Shown here: positions 28,301 to 41,330 of the stretch, in pieces
Layout: the number at the start of each line of letters is the position of its first letter
Position numbering within the stretch: the stretch's first letter is position 1
Assembly: GCF_009914755.1 (NCBI RefSeq)
Contig: NC_060947.1
DNA: 64,000 nt
DNA from: the human T2T-CHM13v2.0 reference genome, Homo sapiens
Direction: 5' to 3' (one strand)
The notes under the pieces: model-generated
What the model was told of the DNA's origin: nothing
Seen by the model: the letters and a program-made list of their open reading frames with translations, nothing else
Databases searched by the model: none
Translations under genes and position numbers: made by a program

Positions 28301-30039
28301 AAACTAGCTAAAGTGACTACAATATATAGGGAATTAGATATTCGGTAAATCCAGAAGGTGTGGCTGGCATCAAACATATTGTGATCAATCCAACCATGAA
28401 AATAGCTTTAAACACCGGCCCAGCTGCTTCTGTGCCAAGTGACAGTAGGGCAGGCAGCACAGCCTTGGATCTGTACAACAAGGATCCCTACAAGGAAGGT
28501 TGCCTCTGCAAGCTAAGTGCAAGAAGGCTGTGTACTGGGAGTGATCAACATCTGGCGAAGCCCTCTATGGGCCCTGCAGGACTCCCACAGTGGCCCTCAC
28601 CTTTTCAGCCAGAGAGAGACCAGGAAAGGGCATGTTTGCCTGAATTCAAGGGCACAAGTTTGGCAAAGGGCACATGAGGGTAAGACTCACAGAACACAAC
28701 CAATGCAACCCTAACCAATAAGAAAGAGGTATCAGGAAGCTAAGAGAAAATAGCAGTAACTTTCTCATTTCACTTAATAAGTATTTAAGTACATGTTTTC
28801 CATTCTAAAAGAAATTAATTATTCAGCCAGAAGTTGAAAGGTACCCTCTAAAAATGCATATCTAAAACAGTATATAATTTACACTAGAAACATCTTTAAA
28901 CATTCCTATTTCTCAAGTGTTGAGTCTATTTTTCCAAAATAAGGTGGAAATGTGAGACCTGTAGCTACATTACCAATAATCAATGCAGAATTGCTGGAGA
29001 ATATATTTTAAGTTCATATGGCAAGCACATTTTTCTTGGCAATTTTATCAATAGCTTTAAAATCAGCAATCCAATGATTGTGGCAAAAACTCAGTGCTTT
29101 GTGATGTATTTATTTCATTATTATAAAAAGCAGTGTCTTAAATTTCTCATTTCTCATTCAAGACCAAGCAACGTTTTCTAGTAAATGATCCTCACTATCT
29201 AAGAGTCTGGCAGCACCTCTTAGAGAAAATATACTGAAAGTTTTAATTAAGCATTTTACAAAAGCTATTTTCCAATACTGCCAATAAAACGTCTGGGCTA
29301 TTTTTATATACTCTTAAAGCCTTAAAAAAGGTGCTAAATCAAAATGAACTTAATTGTAAACAGGGATTTCTATGTCCCAAGGAGAGAGTTTGATTTTCAA
29401 GGCTTCTAAAATCTACTTGCCTGACTGCCAAAAGCAAGTTCACTTTTTAAACAAATGAAGAACGTCTATTGCTACACTGCTTATTCTTCCACCTGTCTTA
29501 CTTTATCCTGTTTTGCCTACTGTGCTGATTTAGATCAGAATACCAAATTTTATAATGAAGGAAGAAATTAAATGAAAAGACTTTTTGCTATAACTCCCAA
29601 ATGTCAATGAATTATTAGGAAAATCAAAGAAATCTAACTTCAGTTAAAGAAATGACCATTAATGGAAATTTACTGAATGCACCCTCAATTCACTTTCTTT
29701 CCTTTCAATGTTTCTGTGGGATCTAAATAGATACATACACTATTTGTGTTTGGGCAGTGAAGATTAACCAACTCCTCCCTATATCAGATTTAAAACATTC
29801 AATTCCAGCACAAGTCAAATTCTTTTATTCTAAGAGCCAGGGCAAACAGTTCAATGTAATAAAATTACCCAGGTCCTGGAAGATAGTCCACAGTTATAAT
29901 GCTCTGAATGAATTACTTACAACAAAATTTGCTACTATCAAGTGAAAGCAAACTTGTAATTTTTTCCTAATCATTAACCATGTAATAATCTGTCACCAGT
30001 GGGAAAATAACAGACTAAACACCTGATTAAAGGGAGGTG

Positions 30040-30205
30040 TCATGTGTTGGGTGGAGTGCTGGACTTGAAATCAGATGTATGAGTTAGATTTTCAGCTCTG
30101 CCACTTACCTTTTTGATCTTGGGAAAATTCTCAACATGGGCTTCATTTCCAGTACTTACCATCCATCAGTAAAATAATGAATGTGAATGTGCTTTGCAAA
30201 CTATA
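30040..30205 (+). mobile_element. MIR
   Basis: gagtgctggacttgaaatcaga...cagctctgccacttacc...gatcttgggaaa. Confidence 0.7.
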
Positions 30206-31870
30206 AGGCAATCTGCAACTGGAAAGCATTTCCTCAATCAACAATTTGACAATTTAACAATAGACCCTTTTAAATCACATAAACTATTCCTTAGTTCTCC
30301 CTACACTCGTCAGCCACATCTATTCCCACAGGAATTATTTTTTTGTCACTCTGAGAAGCCTAAGTTTGTTCCCAAAACAGGGGATTAGGGAGAGAAAAAG
30401 AAAGTAAGAGATCTCGTTCGAATTTTTATACATGTGTGACATTCTGGTGTGCTTAATTAAAGTTCTGGTCCTTGTTTAAGGTAAGTATTTTGCTAGTAGT
30501 TGAAATTTTTACCCTGAAAACATCACTCTTAAAATAGAATGAATGCAAATGAATAATGATTGTGAACAACTTTAGTTAACTTTAATTAAGTGAAGTCCTC
30601 TTTAATTGTTAGAGGACAAATACCTCATTAGTCCAAACACTGTCCAATTTTGAGGTGTTGAATATTACCTAAAATAAATGATCCGTCAATGGTAGCTGGG
30701 AAATTTCTGCTATATGGAAATTTTTATAATAATTAACTTCAATGGAATAAAAACAATGTGCTCTTAGTGCCTATAACTGATAGCAACAAGTTTGGCAGTA
30801 GTACACTCAAAAGAAGCATGATTCCTTCATGGTGATAACAGTGTCTAACACTGAAAAATTAATTACTAAAGTTTTTTTTTTTTTGCTTTTTAATACCAAG
30901 TGCCATCATAACATTACTAATTTGGCTGACCGATTCTCTCACCCCTCCTAGAGCTGCCCTTTTATATCCTCCCATCTCTTGAATAAAAAAACCAGGAAAA
31001 TGTTCACCTCAAGTCATTTTGAACTATGAATTGTACATCAGGTAAGGTAGAAAAAGAAGCAAATAGTCATACATAGGTTAACAGTCAAACTAAACTGCAT
31101 AAGAAACAACATTCTTCTCCTAAATGCTAATGCCTATAACCTATGTGTTTAAAATGTGAAGACTTCATCTTTAATAAATGATTAAAAATTATTTCATTTA
31201 TTAATACAGTCATGTCTAAGGTTATACTTCTGGGTGTTTCTTTCTAATCGACTTGAGTAAATTCCTTTACTGTACTTACTTATACGCAATGTGACTGTAG
31301 GTAAATGGAATTACATATTAATTTTGTGTTACATGAGAACAGCTGTCTCACAGATTTATAATCTCACTTCACTTAAATGGTAATCTATAAACATGCCAAC
31401 TGAACAATAATGTAAAGTATTTTAAATGCAAGTAAAGACTAACTGAAAAGTGAGATTTTCAGATGGAGAATCTTAATTTAGGTTTGTTTTTCTAAATGTA
31501 ATAATAACAGTAGCAACAATAACAATGGCAATAACTGTAAAATAATTCATGTATAGTACTTACTATATGCCAGGCACTGTTCTAAGCACCTGCCATCAAT
31601 TAAAATGACTTTTTGAAATACATAACTTCTAATAAAGATGGTATTTGTTCCTCTGTCAAAGCATTATGTTTTTGTTTCCTAACGTGATTGTTTTTGTTTT
31701 AATGTTAGATAGGAAAATAGAGATCAGAAATGAGTGAAAATTATTCTACAGCTTTACAATAAAAAAGGATCAGAATCATTCAGCTTGTTCTTAACACTTC
31801 ACAGACAACATTCTACCATACAATTTACATTAAAATGCTAACCAAAGTCATTTCCTACAATGGGTTGTTT

Positions 31871-31940
31871 CACCACCATCAACACCACCACCACCACCAC
31901 CACCACCCCCACCCCCGCACCCCCCCGCCGGCAATCCCCA
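31871..31940. repeat. (CAC)n / C-run tract
   Basis: Directly visible. Confidence 0.9.
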
Positions 31941-32613
31941 CCATTCCTTTCATGTATTTCAGCAAATTATGTGCAGGAATCACCCTCAAGATCAATTATT
32001 TTGCAAGAAACTGAATCAGTTTAAACTGCCGAAATTTCACTTCAGTATTAATCCAATGACACTAAAAATATCTTACATTTGTAAAGTGCTTTAACATTCC
32101 AAAGTGCTTCCACGTTGATTCTCTTATTTCAACCTAAGCGCCTGCCTCCCTGTGAGATAGAGCTTCCTTGCTAAAGTCACTCAATAAAGCTAGGAATTTC
32201 CTCAATAAACAATGCATTTACAGAATGTTAAATCTCCAAAATAGCTACAAAGTCATAAATCAGGAATTTATGCTAAAATAATGATCATTGTGTCTAGGTA
32301 TTCCTTGGGAAGTCAGAATTTATTCAAGGAACAGTAAGATTTCACTATTTAAATCTTAAACTTCTTAAAATAAACCTCTATGAAAACTGGTCCTTTTGAA
32401 AGTACTACAGGGACACAGGCAACTGTGTATCATCTACATCAAAATTATAAATGGTGTCTTCAATAGTTAGACTCAAACAATAGATTGAGATCAATTTTCA
32501 GGTATATTCTACAGAATAAAGTAGATCTACTCTTGAAAATCTTATTATGGATTAAAGACTTGGAAATGAAATTATATATTTTAAACGTATGATTATGGTA
32601 GCAGTGGTGATCA

Positions 32614-32646
32614 TGTGTGTTTGTGTGTGTGTGTATGTGTGTGTGT
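32614..32646. repeat. Imperfect (TG)n
   Basis: Directly visible. Confidence 0.85.
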
Positions 32647-34154
32647 TGGGGAGGGAACTCACAGTTTAAAAGAGGTCTGAATTGAATCCTTTGGCAAGCC
32701 AAAGCATCCTTTTGTTGTTTTAATGATCACTCTTTAATGTGTCCACGCTGCAAATGTGAGTTTGTGTATGGCAAGTTTTCTATAGCAGGGAGAAAAAGGG
32801 GATGTGGGGGGGCTACACCTGCATTAAATAGGGAGCTTGTTAGGTGACTGTTGTGATCAGTGCCCGACTTGTTCTGCCTGATCAAGCACAGTGGGCAGAG
32901 ATCCAATCACAAAAGCATTCCACAAAGCAAGCAAAGCAAAAATCTTCACTAAACTGACTACTGGAATGAAAACTGCTGGGGTCCATCCCTTCCCTTCACT
33001 GGGAAAGAAGCATATTCTACTTAAGAGGCAAGGTAGTTGAGACTATGGAGACATCATCCTCTGCAATCATCTCTTGAAAATGTTTCAAGACACACTGATG
33101 ACAACATTCCACAATGTTGTACACAGTAGAATTACTCTAAGTCTTGTTTCCAAGTCTGACAGCTCCTACTCTTCCTTACTTCTTCCTTTGGAAAAGTAGC
33201 CCTTTAAAAACTTCCACCATTCCAGGGTAAGCTGCCCCTGGAGTCAGGTCTTCCTCCAGCCTTATCTTGCTTTCCTTGATTTCCCATAAGATATATGAAT
33301 TAAATGTTTTAACTGCTTTTTAAACCTTTGAAATAATATTCATATCCATTCTCAAGTTGTCACCACACCCTCTTTTAGAAGGGTGGGGGGTTAAAAGAAG
33401 AAAATGAGGCACAGCAAATGTGACTTGCCTGTCATTACTAGTGACAGAGAAAAGGAACACTCAAGGTTTCTGGAATTTATCCTGTGTAAAAACAAAAAGA
33501 AAATCAACACACAAACACATTCCAGAGCCAAATACTGTCTTCTTTTAATCACCTCCTGTTTTGGATTATTTATGTTTTGTTCCCCCCAGACATTCACGTT
33601 AACAATTGAGATTTAACTTTCTTGGTAAATCACAGCAAACTAGCACAACAACGACTGCTCTTTAAAAAGTAACTTTCAGAGGAGAAAATTATCCTCCCTA
33701 AACATAAATAGTTGATTATTACTGCTTAATAGTCTGTGCTCTTATTAAATTCCTACACTTAAATATGGGCATTTGCAGAAAAGCAGCTTTTAATTGTTGA
33801 TTTGAAAATTAGTTGGTGGAACCCAATTTACGATATCCTGCTTTACATTATCATTAAATGATGGGGAAGGATGTTTAAAAGTATCCTTATGCTTTTTATG
33901 TCTGCGTTTTAACTACTCCTAAAAAAGTAGAACCAGTGTTTAAATGATAATCAGTTCTGTCCAGATAAAGAAATTGATTAGATAAAAACAAATTTTTGCA
34001 AAGATCAAAAAGGCATTTGTGAATAATTAAAACTGAATTCTATACTCCATGTCGAATAGCACCAGTTAATGAAATAGTATCCCTAACACTGTAGACTGTA
34101 GCGCATCGAATCATTAGACAATGACCATTCACTTTAGGGAAATTAATTCTAAAA

Positions 34155-37100
34155 TTACCGACCTCTTTTGGGAGAGTCGAACTGATTATCACGTCTGGCA
34201 AAATCCATTCTCACGTGAGTGTCGTCGTCGTTGTCAGAATCTTCTCTCTCCGGGGGTCTTGGCACCCGGCGACTGCGAGGTGGTGGTTCCGGAGCGGCAG
34301 CTGCAGCGGCAGCCCCGCCAGCCTGGTTATCACCTCTGGCAAGGTTTGCAGATGGGTTGTGGGCTCCAGGGTTCGAGCCACCGGCAACGTCTTGGGCTCC
34401 CCTTACTGCTTCGGCATCAGCAGCATTAGCAACAGGTTGAAACCAGCGGGCAGAGGCGGAGTCAAATCCAGCAGCTGCGGCTGCTGCGCCGATGCCCGGG
34501 GCTGCGGCGAGCGCGGAGGCCGCAGCTACAACTTGGCTGAGGGCTAAAGTCGGCTCTGCAGCCGAAGCGACAGCCGGGGCTGAGGATGGGGAAAGGTCTC
34601 TCTCGAGGCTGTCTGTTGGAAAAGCAGAGACAGCGGCTCTGGCTGCTGCAAAGAAACTTTGAGAACGGCTTTGTGGGCGTCTTCTCTCCTGCTCTTCTTC
34701 CTGCAGCAGCCTAGCTACAGGTGGTGGTTCAGAACATCGGCTGGGGGAGAGAGAAATATCCATACAGCACTCAGAAAATGGGTCGACCACATAGATTCGA
34801 CCTGTTTCAGCATCATAGCGAATGGCACTGTCAGCAAGAGCCATGGCTGGTGTCATTGCTGAGTTGAAAATTACTTCAATGTAGTCACCCTCTTCCTCAA
34901 TAGCATTGCTACCTGTAGCACTGAGGGGAAGGGGAGGAAGTGGCCACCTAGCACTGTCCAGAGATAAGGGGTTGGCACGTGGTATAGCTCTTAAAAGATC
35001 TGAGAGGTCGTTTGCTGGATTTGGAAATGGCACTCCAAACTCAACATTCACATAATTAGAAAAGGCTGACTGTCTGGGTTCAGCAATTATGCCCCACGAA
35101 TCTGGTAGTCCTTGAGTAGAGGGAGCTGGTGTATTGCTCTCTCTTTTAGTGAAGTCCATGTTGACGTAGTCACTAGAGCTGTCAGCTTCTCTCTGCTCAT
35201 GTGTGGGCTTTTGTGGTTTTGGCTTGATTTTATATCCTTTTGTAATAAAAGAAAGTCGGTTAGGTCTCTTAGCTTTATTCTTTGGGGGCTCATGATCTGA
35301 AGGCTTTGAAGGTGATCCCCCATCTCCAGGCTTTGAGAATGATCCCTCACCTGAAGGCTTTGAAGCTGCATCTTTGGGGTCCCAGTTATAGGAGACTTCT
35401 TTGTCTAGGCCCCTCCCCAGGAACTTTCCAGGTAACATTGGCACATACTCACTGTTGTCATTCTGTCCCAAAGGTGAGCTCCGAAAAGGGTTTGGTAGAG
35501 AGAAGTAGGAGCTCCAACTTTTGGAGGAAGAGCCACCCTGAGGATTTCTGGGGTTTTTTGGAATTGCACCGGCTCCAGGAGCCATAAACATGTAGTCACT
35601 CTCACTGTCATTGTCCTTTGAGTCATCCTCTTTATTAGTATCAGGTGCTTTTGGAGGACTCGGAGCAGGTGGTGGGCTCACTCTGGGAAACATCATCATG
35701 TACCCTCTTGAATCTTCAAAAGGGGATCGAGAGTGGCGCTTTTTTGAAGCAGAGACATTTTGAGGAGCCATTGGCATATAATCACTGGAGCTTACAAGAG
35801 GGGTGGCCACCCCTGGCCTCATTGGCACGTATGGGTCATCCTCATCTTCATCAAAAGCTCTGGCTCTGTGGGGACCTCGAGCTGCACCTTCTGGGATCTC
35901 TGCATCTTTCACTTCTTTGGCTTCTTTGCATTCTTTCGTGGCTCCTCTGTCAACACAAAAATAAAGTCTGAATCTTCCCCCAGACTTCCCTTTTCCACCA
36001 GTTCCTCCAGCTGGTGGGGGTGGAGGAGGAGGTGGTGGAGGTGGTGGCATTTGCTGTTGCTTGCTTTGAGTTAATTTGCCAAAATAGGATCTTTTCTTCA
36101 GAGATTTTCCACGTTCACCATCACCATCGGATCCTTTCCCACTTCCTGAGCCTTTGCCCCCCCCAGAGTTCTTGCCACCACCTGAGCCATGGCCATCTCC
36201 AGGTCCCTGGCCACCACCTGAGCCATGCCCACCTCCAGGTCTCTGGCCACCACCTGAACCGTGCCCACCTGCGGTGCCCTGGCCATCTCTAGAGCACTGG
36301 TTTCCTCCTGAGCCCTGGCCATTTGAGCCCTGACCACCTCGGGATCCCTGTCCCTCGCCTGAACACTGGTTTCCTCCCGAGCTATGGCTACTGGAGCCTT
36401 GGCCATTTGAGCCCTGGCCACCTCCTGAGCCCCGGCCATTTCCTGAGCCCCAATTGTTCATAGGCATGTAGTCACCTCCGCTTCCTTCCTGATCTTCTTT
36501 GCCCTGGGGATTGCCTTCCTCCCCAAAGTTGCCAGAGCCAGAACCAGACACTTCAGAAGACAGGCGAGCTCCATTGTTCGGGGCTTCTGCAGGGTGCCGG
36601 GGACGTGCTGGGCTGGGTGCTAAGCGGCGAAAAAAGCTGGCCGGCACTGAAACCGCTCTCCTTGACCTGCGCCCTCTGGGCAGGTGCAGTCTTCCTCGCC
36701 TGGAGTGGGCCACAGGCTCGCTGGGTGTTACGAAGCGCCTGGTGAAAAGCATCTCGTCTTCCCCGTCGCCGATGGCCCTGAGGTGGCAAAACTGCTCAAA
36801 GCGGGACCTTCTGAGCCAGCCTCCCGGCTCGAGCGGCACCAAGCCCAGGTGCCTCCTAGCGGACAGCAGGGTTAACAGGTGGGCGCCGATGCTGATGCTG
36901 TAGCTGCGGCAGCGGGCTCTGTATTCGTCTGCACACAAGGCTCTCATCTTCTCCAAAAACAGCTCATGCATGTTTTGGGCAACCACACAGTCATCGACCT
37001 GCATCCAGAGCTCTCCCGGACCGATGACAGTGGACCTGCCTACTTCCAAGAAGAAATACTGCTCCGAGTGTCCACAGCGACGGATGCTCAGGAGCTGGAC

Positions 37101-37928
37101 GACCACGCTGGCCACTTCGGTGTTCAGCCTCACAAACACGACCTCCTCGTCGGTTAGACACAGCCGGAACACGCCGCTCAGCTCTTTTCTGTGCCCCAGC
37201 CCCCTGGGTTTGACTATTACCTGCCACACATCTTTATAGAAGGGTGGCTCCGCCGCCGCTGCCGCCGCCAGCGCGGCCGGCTCTCCGTCCGGCTGCGCGC
37301 CGAGCGTGCCGCAGCGGCGGCGCTTGCTCTCGAGGATGAGGCGGCTGAGCAGCAAGTACCAGCTTTCCTGCTCCGACTCGTTCTCGGCCACCATCGCGAA
37401 GTATTCGTCTTGGGTGAAAAGAGCAATGAGGTGTCGGTACCTTGCATCTGCTCGCTGGCTCACGGAAAAGCACTGGTATAGGGTGATCACGCGCCGCGGT
37501 GGAATGAGCGGGGGGATCGCGGCGCCAGAGGCGGCCGCCGCTGCTGCAGCCGCCGCGGCGCGGACACTGTGCCGGAACTTCCTGGCATTTTCGTAGTATT
37601 CCAGCCGAGCTGGGGCGTCAGCAGTCTCGAGTTTGAGCACGAAGTAGCGCCTGTGCCCATGCTTCTGTTTCCGCAGGTAGCCGCGTTTGCAGACTTCCTC
37701 CCCGACGGGCAGGTCCTCCTCTTCGGACTCGGAGTCTGACCGGGAGCCAGTGGCCGTGGAGAGCCACATGGCTCCCGGACAAGACGACCCGGTCCCAATG
37801 AGTGCGGTCGGGGTTCCCGAGGAAAGAAGCGGGGTGGTCACCACTGCTGCTAGAGCTGCCGCTGCCGCCGCTGCTGCACCTCTTAGTCTTCTTGTCGCTT
37901 GGTCGCGAGTGAAGGAGCAACTCGCCAT
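34155..37928 (-). CDS. IRS4: Insulin receptor substrate 4, unspliced 1257-aa form (PH domain ~37695-37330, IRS-type PTB domain ~37240-36935, long disordered tail)
   Basis: 3774-nt ORF from an ATG in strong Kozak context (ATCACCATGG) to TAA. N-terminus [10 protein letters not shown]; PH start [20 protein letters not shown]; [11 protein letters not shown]...[18 protein letters not shown]. Seven YxxM motifs (YMPM, YVPM, YMPM, YMMM, YMFM, YVPM, YVNM) plus YVNV and YIEV. The track's 1313 aa starts at an upstream GTG. Confidence 0.99.
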   Translation of the reverse strand: MASCSFTRDQATRRLRGAAAAAAAALAAVVTTPLLSSGTPTALIGTGSSCPGAMWLSTATGSRSDSESEEEDLPVGEEVCKRGYLRKQKHGHRRYFVLKLETADAPARLEYYENARKFRHSVRAAAAAAAAAASGAAIPPLIPPRRVITLYQCFSVSQRADARYRHLIALFTQDEYFAMVAENESEQESWYLLLSRLILESKRRRCGTLGAQPDGEPAALAAAAAAEPPFYKDVWQVIVKPRGLGHRKELSGVFRLCLTDEEVVFVRLNTEVASVVVQLLSIRRCGHSEQYFFLEVGRSTVIGPGELWMQVDDCVVAQNMHELFLEKMRALCADEYRARCRSYSISIGAHLLTLLSARRHLGLVPLEPGGWLRRSRFEQFCHLRAIGDGEDEMLFTRRFVTPSEPVAHSRRGRLHLPRGRRSRRAVSVPASFFRRLAPSPARPRHPAEAPNNGARLSSEVSGSGSGNFGEEGNPQGKEDQEGSGGDYMPMNNWGSGNGRGSGGGQGSNGQGSSSHSSGGNQCSGEGQGSRGGQGSNGQGSGGNQCSRDGQGTAGGHGSGGGQRPGGGHGSGGGQGPGDGHGSGGGKNSGGGKGSGSGKGSDGDGERGKSLKKRSYFGKLTQSKQQQMPPPPPPPPPPPPAGGTGGKGKSGGRFRLYFCVDRGATKECKEAKEVKDAEIPEGAARGPHRARAFDEDEDDPYVPMRPGVATPLVSSSDYMPMAPQNVSASKKRHSRSPFEDSRGYMMMFPRVSPPPAPSPPKAPDTNKEDDSKDNDSESDYMFMAPGAGAIPKNPRNPQGGSSSKSWSSYFSLPNPFRSSPLGQNDNSEYVPMLPGKFLGRGLDKEVSYNWDPKDAASKPSGEGSFSKPGDGGSPSKPSDHEPPKNKAKRPNRLSFITKGYKIKPKPQKPTHEQREADSSSDYVNMDFTKRESNTPAPSTQGLPDSWGIIAEPRQSAFSNYVNVEFGVPFPNPANDLSDLLRAIPRANPLSLDSARWPLPPLPLSATGSNAIEEEGDYIEVIFNSAMTPAMALADSAIRYDAETGRIYVVDPFSECCMDISLSPSRCSEPPPVARLLQEEEQERRRPQSRSQSFFAAARAAVSAFPTDSLERDLSPSSAPAVASAAEPTLALSQVVAAASALAAAPGIGAAAAAAGFDSASARWFQPVANAADAEAVRGAQDVAGGSNPGAHNPSANLARGDNQAGGAAAAAAAPEPPPRSRRVPRPPEREDSDNDDDTHVRMDFARRDNQFDSPKRGR
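36140..36450 (-). repeat. Coding Gly/Ser-rich degenerate tandem repeat
   Basis: 36-nt units (cctgagccatggcca...tccaggtccctggccacca) encoding GHGSGGGQ(R/G)PG; paired GQGSNGQGS and GGNQCS units. Confidence 0.9.
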
Positions 37929-39050
37929 GGTGATGCACGATGGTTTTAAGGTGAGCGAGGAGGAGGGGGAATTCAGGAAAGGGAGGGTTGGGGGAAGAGG
38001 CTGTCTACCCTCGTCTGCCCGCCCCAGCCCCCTCCTGCCTTGGCCCGCGCCCCCGCCCACTCCACTCTGAGCGCACGACAGCGGGCAAAACAACACGTGA
38101 CCACAGCCTCACGCGGCGGCCGCTGCGGATCCTGCTACCGGCGCAATGGAGGGGCGCGAGCGGCCACCAGTAGAGGTGAGCAAGGGAGGAGACGGCGGGC
38201 TCGGGAGGCGGAGCCACCTCCGGCTGTGCCAAATCCTCCCGGTCAATCTCCAGGCCTGTGGGCCAAGGGAGGACCGAGAGGAGGAGGCGGGCTCTCTGGC
38301 CAAGCTGATTCTAACAGGGAGTCCAGGAAGGCATGAGGGGGCGGGAGAAGGCCTGGAGGGGCGGAGGAGAAAGCGGCCGGCTACCAGGGTCGGGAGAGGG
38401 CGCCACAGTCGGGGCCCCATTGGTGGGAGGTGGTGGGAGGGGGCGTAGCGCAAGCAGTGCCTGCCTGCGGCGCCAGGGTGCAGAGCGGGCACAGTCGCGG
38501 GACAGTTTGTTTGTTTATTTGGGAAGCGGGAGCCAGGTGAAACTGTTGCAAGGCTCTGATTGGTTGGGATAGGAGCCAATGGGAGGGTCCGGCAAGAAGG
38601 CAGCCCCGAAATCATTAGTTTGGCGGGAGGGAGGGGTGAGAGGGGAGAGGGGAGAGGGGGCGTGGCTGGGGTCCCAAAGTGGCTTCGCTGTCGGCTTGTG
38701 GCGCTCTCAGGCGGTAAACAACCTTACGCAAATAGCTGTTAATGGTGGTGGTAAACTCGTGCAAATCCCAGAGCCGTGGTGACCCGGGATGGAGTCGGGT
38801 GCCCTGGTACTCCCTGTCAATCACATAAATTCTCTGTTCCTGTCACAGTCTGGTTCATTCTTTCCAGCCGCACAAGGCGGCGGATCGAGCTTCTTGGGAG
38901 AAAGTGTCGGCACCCCCTGAAAACGGGTTGACGACCAGGGCGCTCAGAACTGCTTCCCACCGCTCTGCAGGCACTCCCGAGCCCGCTGCACCCCTGACAG
39001 AAGCCCGCGACTCTGAGGCACACGAATAACAGCGATGCATTCAAAATGAA
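36500..39050. promoter_or_regulatory. CpG island covering the IRS4 promoter and 5' CDS
   Basis: Very high GC and dense CpG against CpG-depleted AT-rich flanks. Confidence 0.92.
38050..38670. promoter_or_regulatory. TATA-less, probably bidirectional core/proximal promoter
   Basis: GC boxes (~38050, ~38337, ~38358); E-box GGTCACGTG (38094-38102, minus); oppositely oriented CCAAT boxes ctgattggtt 38556-38565 and agccaat ~38574-38580. Confidence 0.7.
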
Positions 39051-39527
39051 CATGATCTTTATTAATCAGAATGCACTTCTAGCCCACGAAACACAGGTTC
39101 CCTAAATACAGTGTTTCTGCCTATTTGATTAACGATGACTATGAAAGCACAAATTTGGGGGCCTGCAATGTATACAGCCATATTGGAAAAAATTGGACTC
39201 GATTCTTACTGAAATAACCAGTGTTGGGCTGTGAAGGTATTTTTCTGTGGGAAATGCTTTGGAAGGTGCCTTTAAAAGAATCTCAAAATATTGCTTTCCT
39301 TTCCTTGAGCGAGACCGAAAAACTTTAGAAAAAGAAAAGCTCATACCTAGAACAAAGGACCACGCTGAATGCATATTCTAGAGCACATTTCACATCCCTC
39401 GCGTCAACAAGAAGAAGAAGAGGAGCTTTGATGCATTTCAGTCTACAAGTTGACATCACAAAAGTAAGAACTACTGCCTCCCTCATTTCTGGAAAAACTG
39501 CCGGAGTGTAAGTGCAACCTCCTCAAG

Positions 39528-39585
39528 TCTCTCTCTCTCTCTCCCTCTCCTTCTCCCTTTCCCTCTCCCTCTCCCTCTCTCCCCC
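39528..39585. repeat. (CT)n/(CCCTCT)n polypyrimidine tract
   Basis: Directly visible. Confidence 0.9.
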
Positions 39586-40329
39586 ACCACCCCAGTTATT
39601 ACTTGACTAGGATTTTAGACTCTTAATGGTGGAGATGGGTCGTGAATTATCAAAGGAGTGACCAGGTTTGCAAAGAGGAATGGAGGGAGAGGAGGAGAGA
39701 AATACAGCATTTCTCTCTGAAAGAATGGAATGTCAGTTCACCCTTGCTCTAGGGTTGATATGGCAAAGGGTACTATTTATAAAATCCAACAGTAAACTAG
39801 GCAATATGTATATCATAAAAATAAACCATATTTCTGCCCTCTTAAGAATTTGCTCTGTTAGAAACAGAACACACGTATTTGAATAAATGGCTCCTTTTTG
39901 ATGCTATAATTTAAGAGAAAAAGAAATTGGTTTGGGTTGTCCCCCAGATATTACAAATATTCAATAACATTCCCTCTGCTGCCAATGGTTTATAAGTGCA
40001 ATATATTCACAGGTGCTGGAAGCAGCCGTGGTTTCGGAAGGGAGCTAGAGGCAGAACGAGTGTGGATGCTGAGAGATCCCTGACTGTGACTGCTACATAT
40101 TTCAGCTGCGTAGTCACATATATACAAGATTCCCTGCACTTACAACCAAAATGATAACAAATGCTCTCATTTGGGATTTTGTTTGATAGTCATTAGGATA
40201 TTTTATAAGTCTTTCCAAGCACAAGGTTTTTTTCTTTTTTTTTTTAAAGAGAAATGTGACAAATAAGGCAACATATTTGAAAGTGCTTTGAGTAATAACA
40301 TGACATTGAAAATATCAAAATGAATATTA

Positions 40330-41330
<1,001 letters not shown>

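Noticed and set aside
27349-28714. ~105-aa antisense ORFs in the intron
   Set aside because: No homology, coding bias or exon structure recognisable; lengths compatible with chance
36140-36450. CRISPR-like regularly spaced repeats
   Set aside because: In-frame coding repeats of IRS4 without unique spacers, in a mammalian genome
37929-38096. 1313-aa ORF start at 38096
   Set aside because: It is a GTG in weak context; the ATG at 37928 has an optimal Kozak and gives the known 1257 aa. Kept only as a hypothesis in findings.
34121-39053. Many overlapping 60-170 aa ORFs on both strands
   Set aside because: Expected shadows of GC-rich, stop-poor sequence; no recognisable domains
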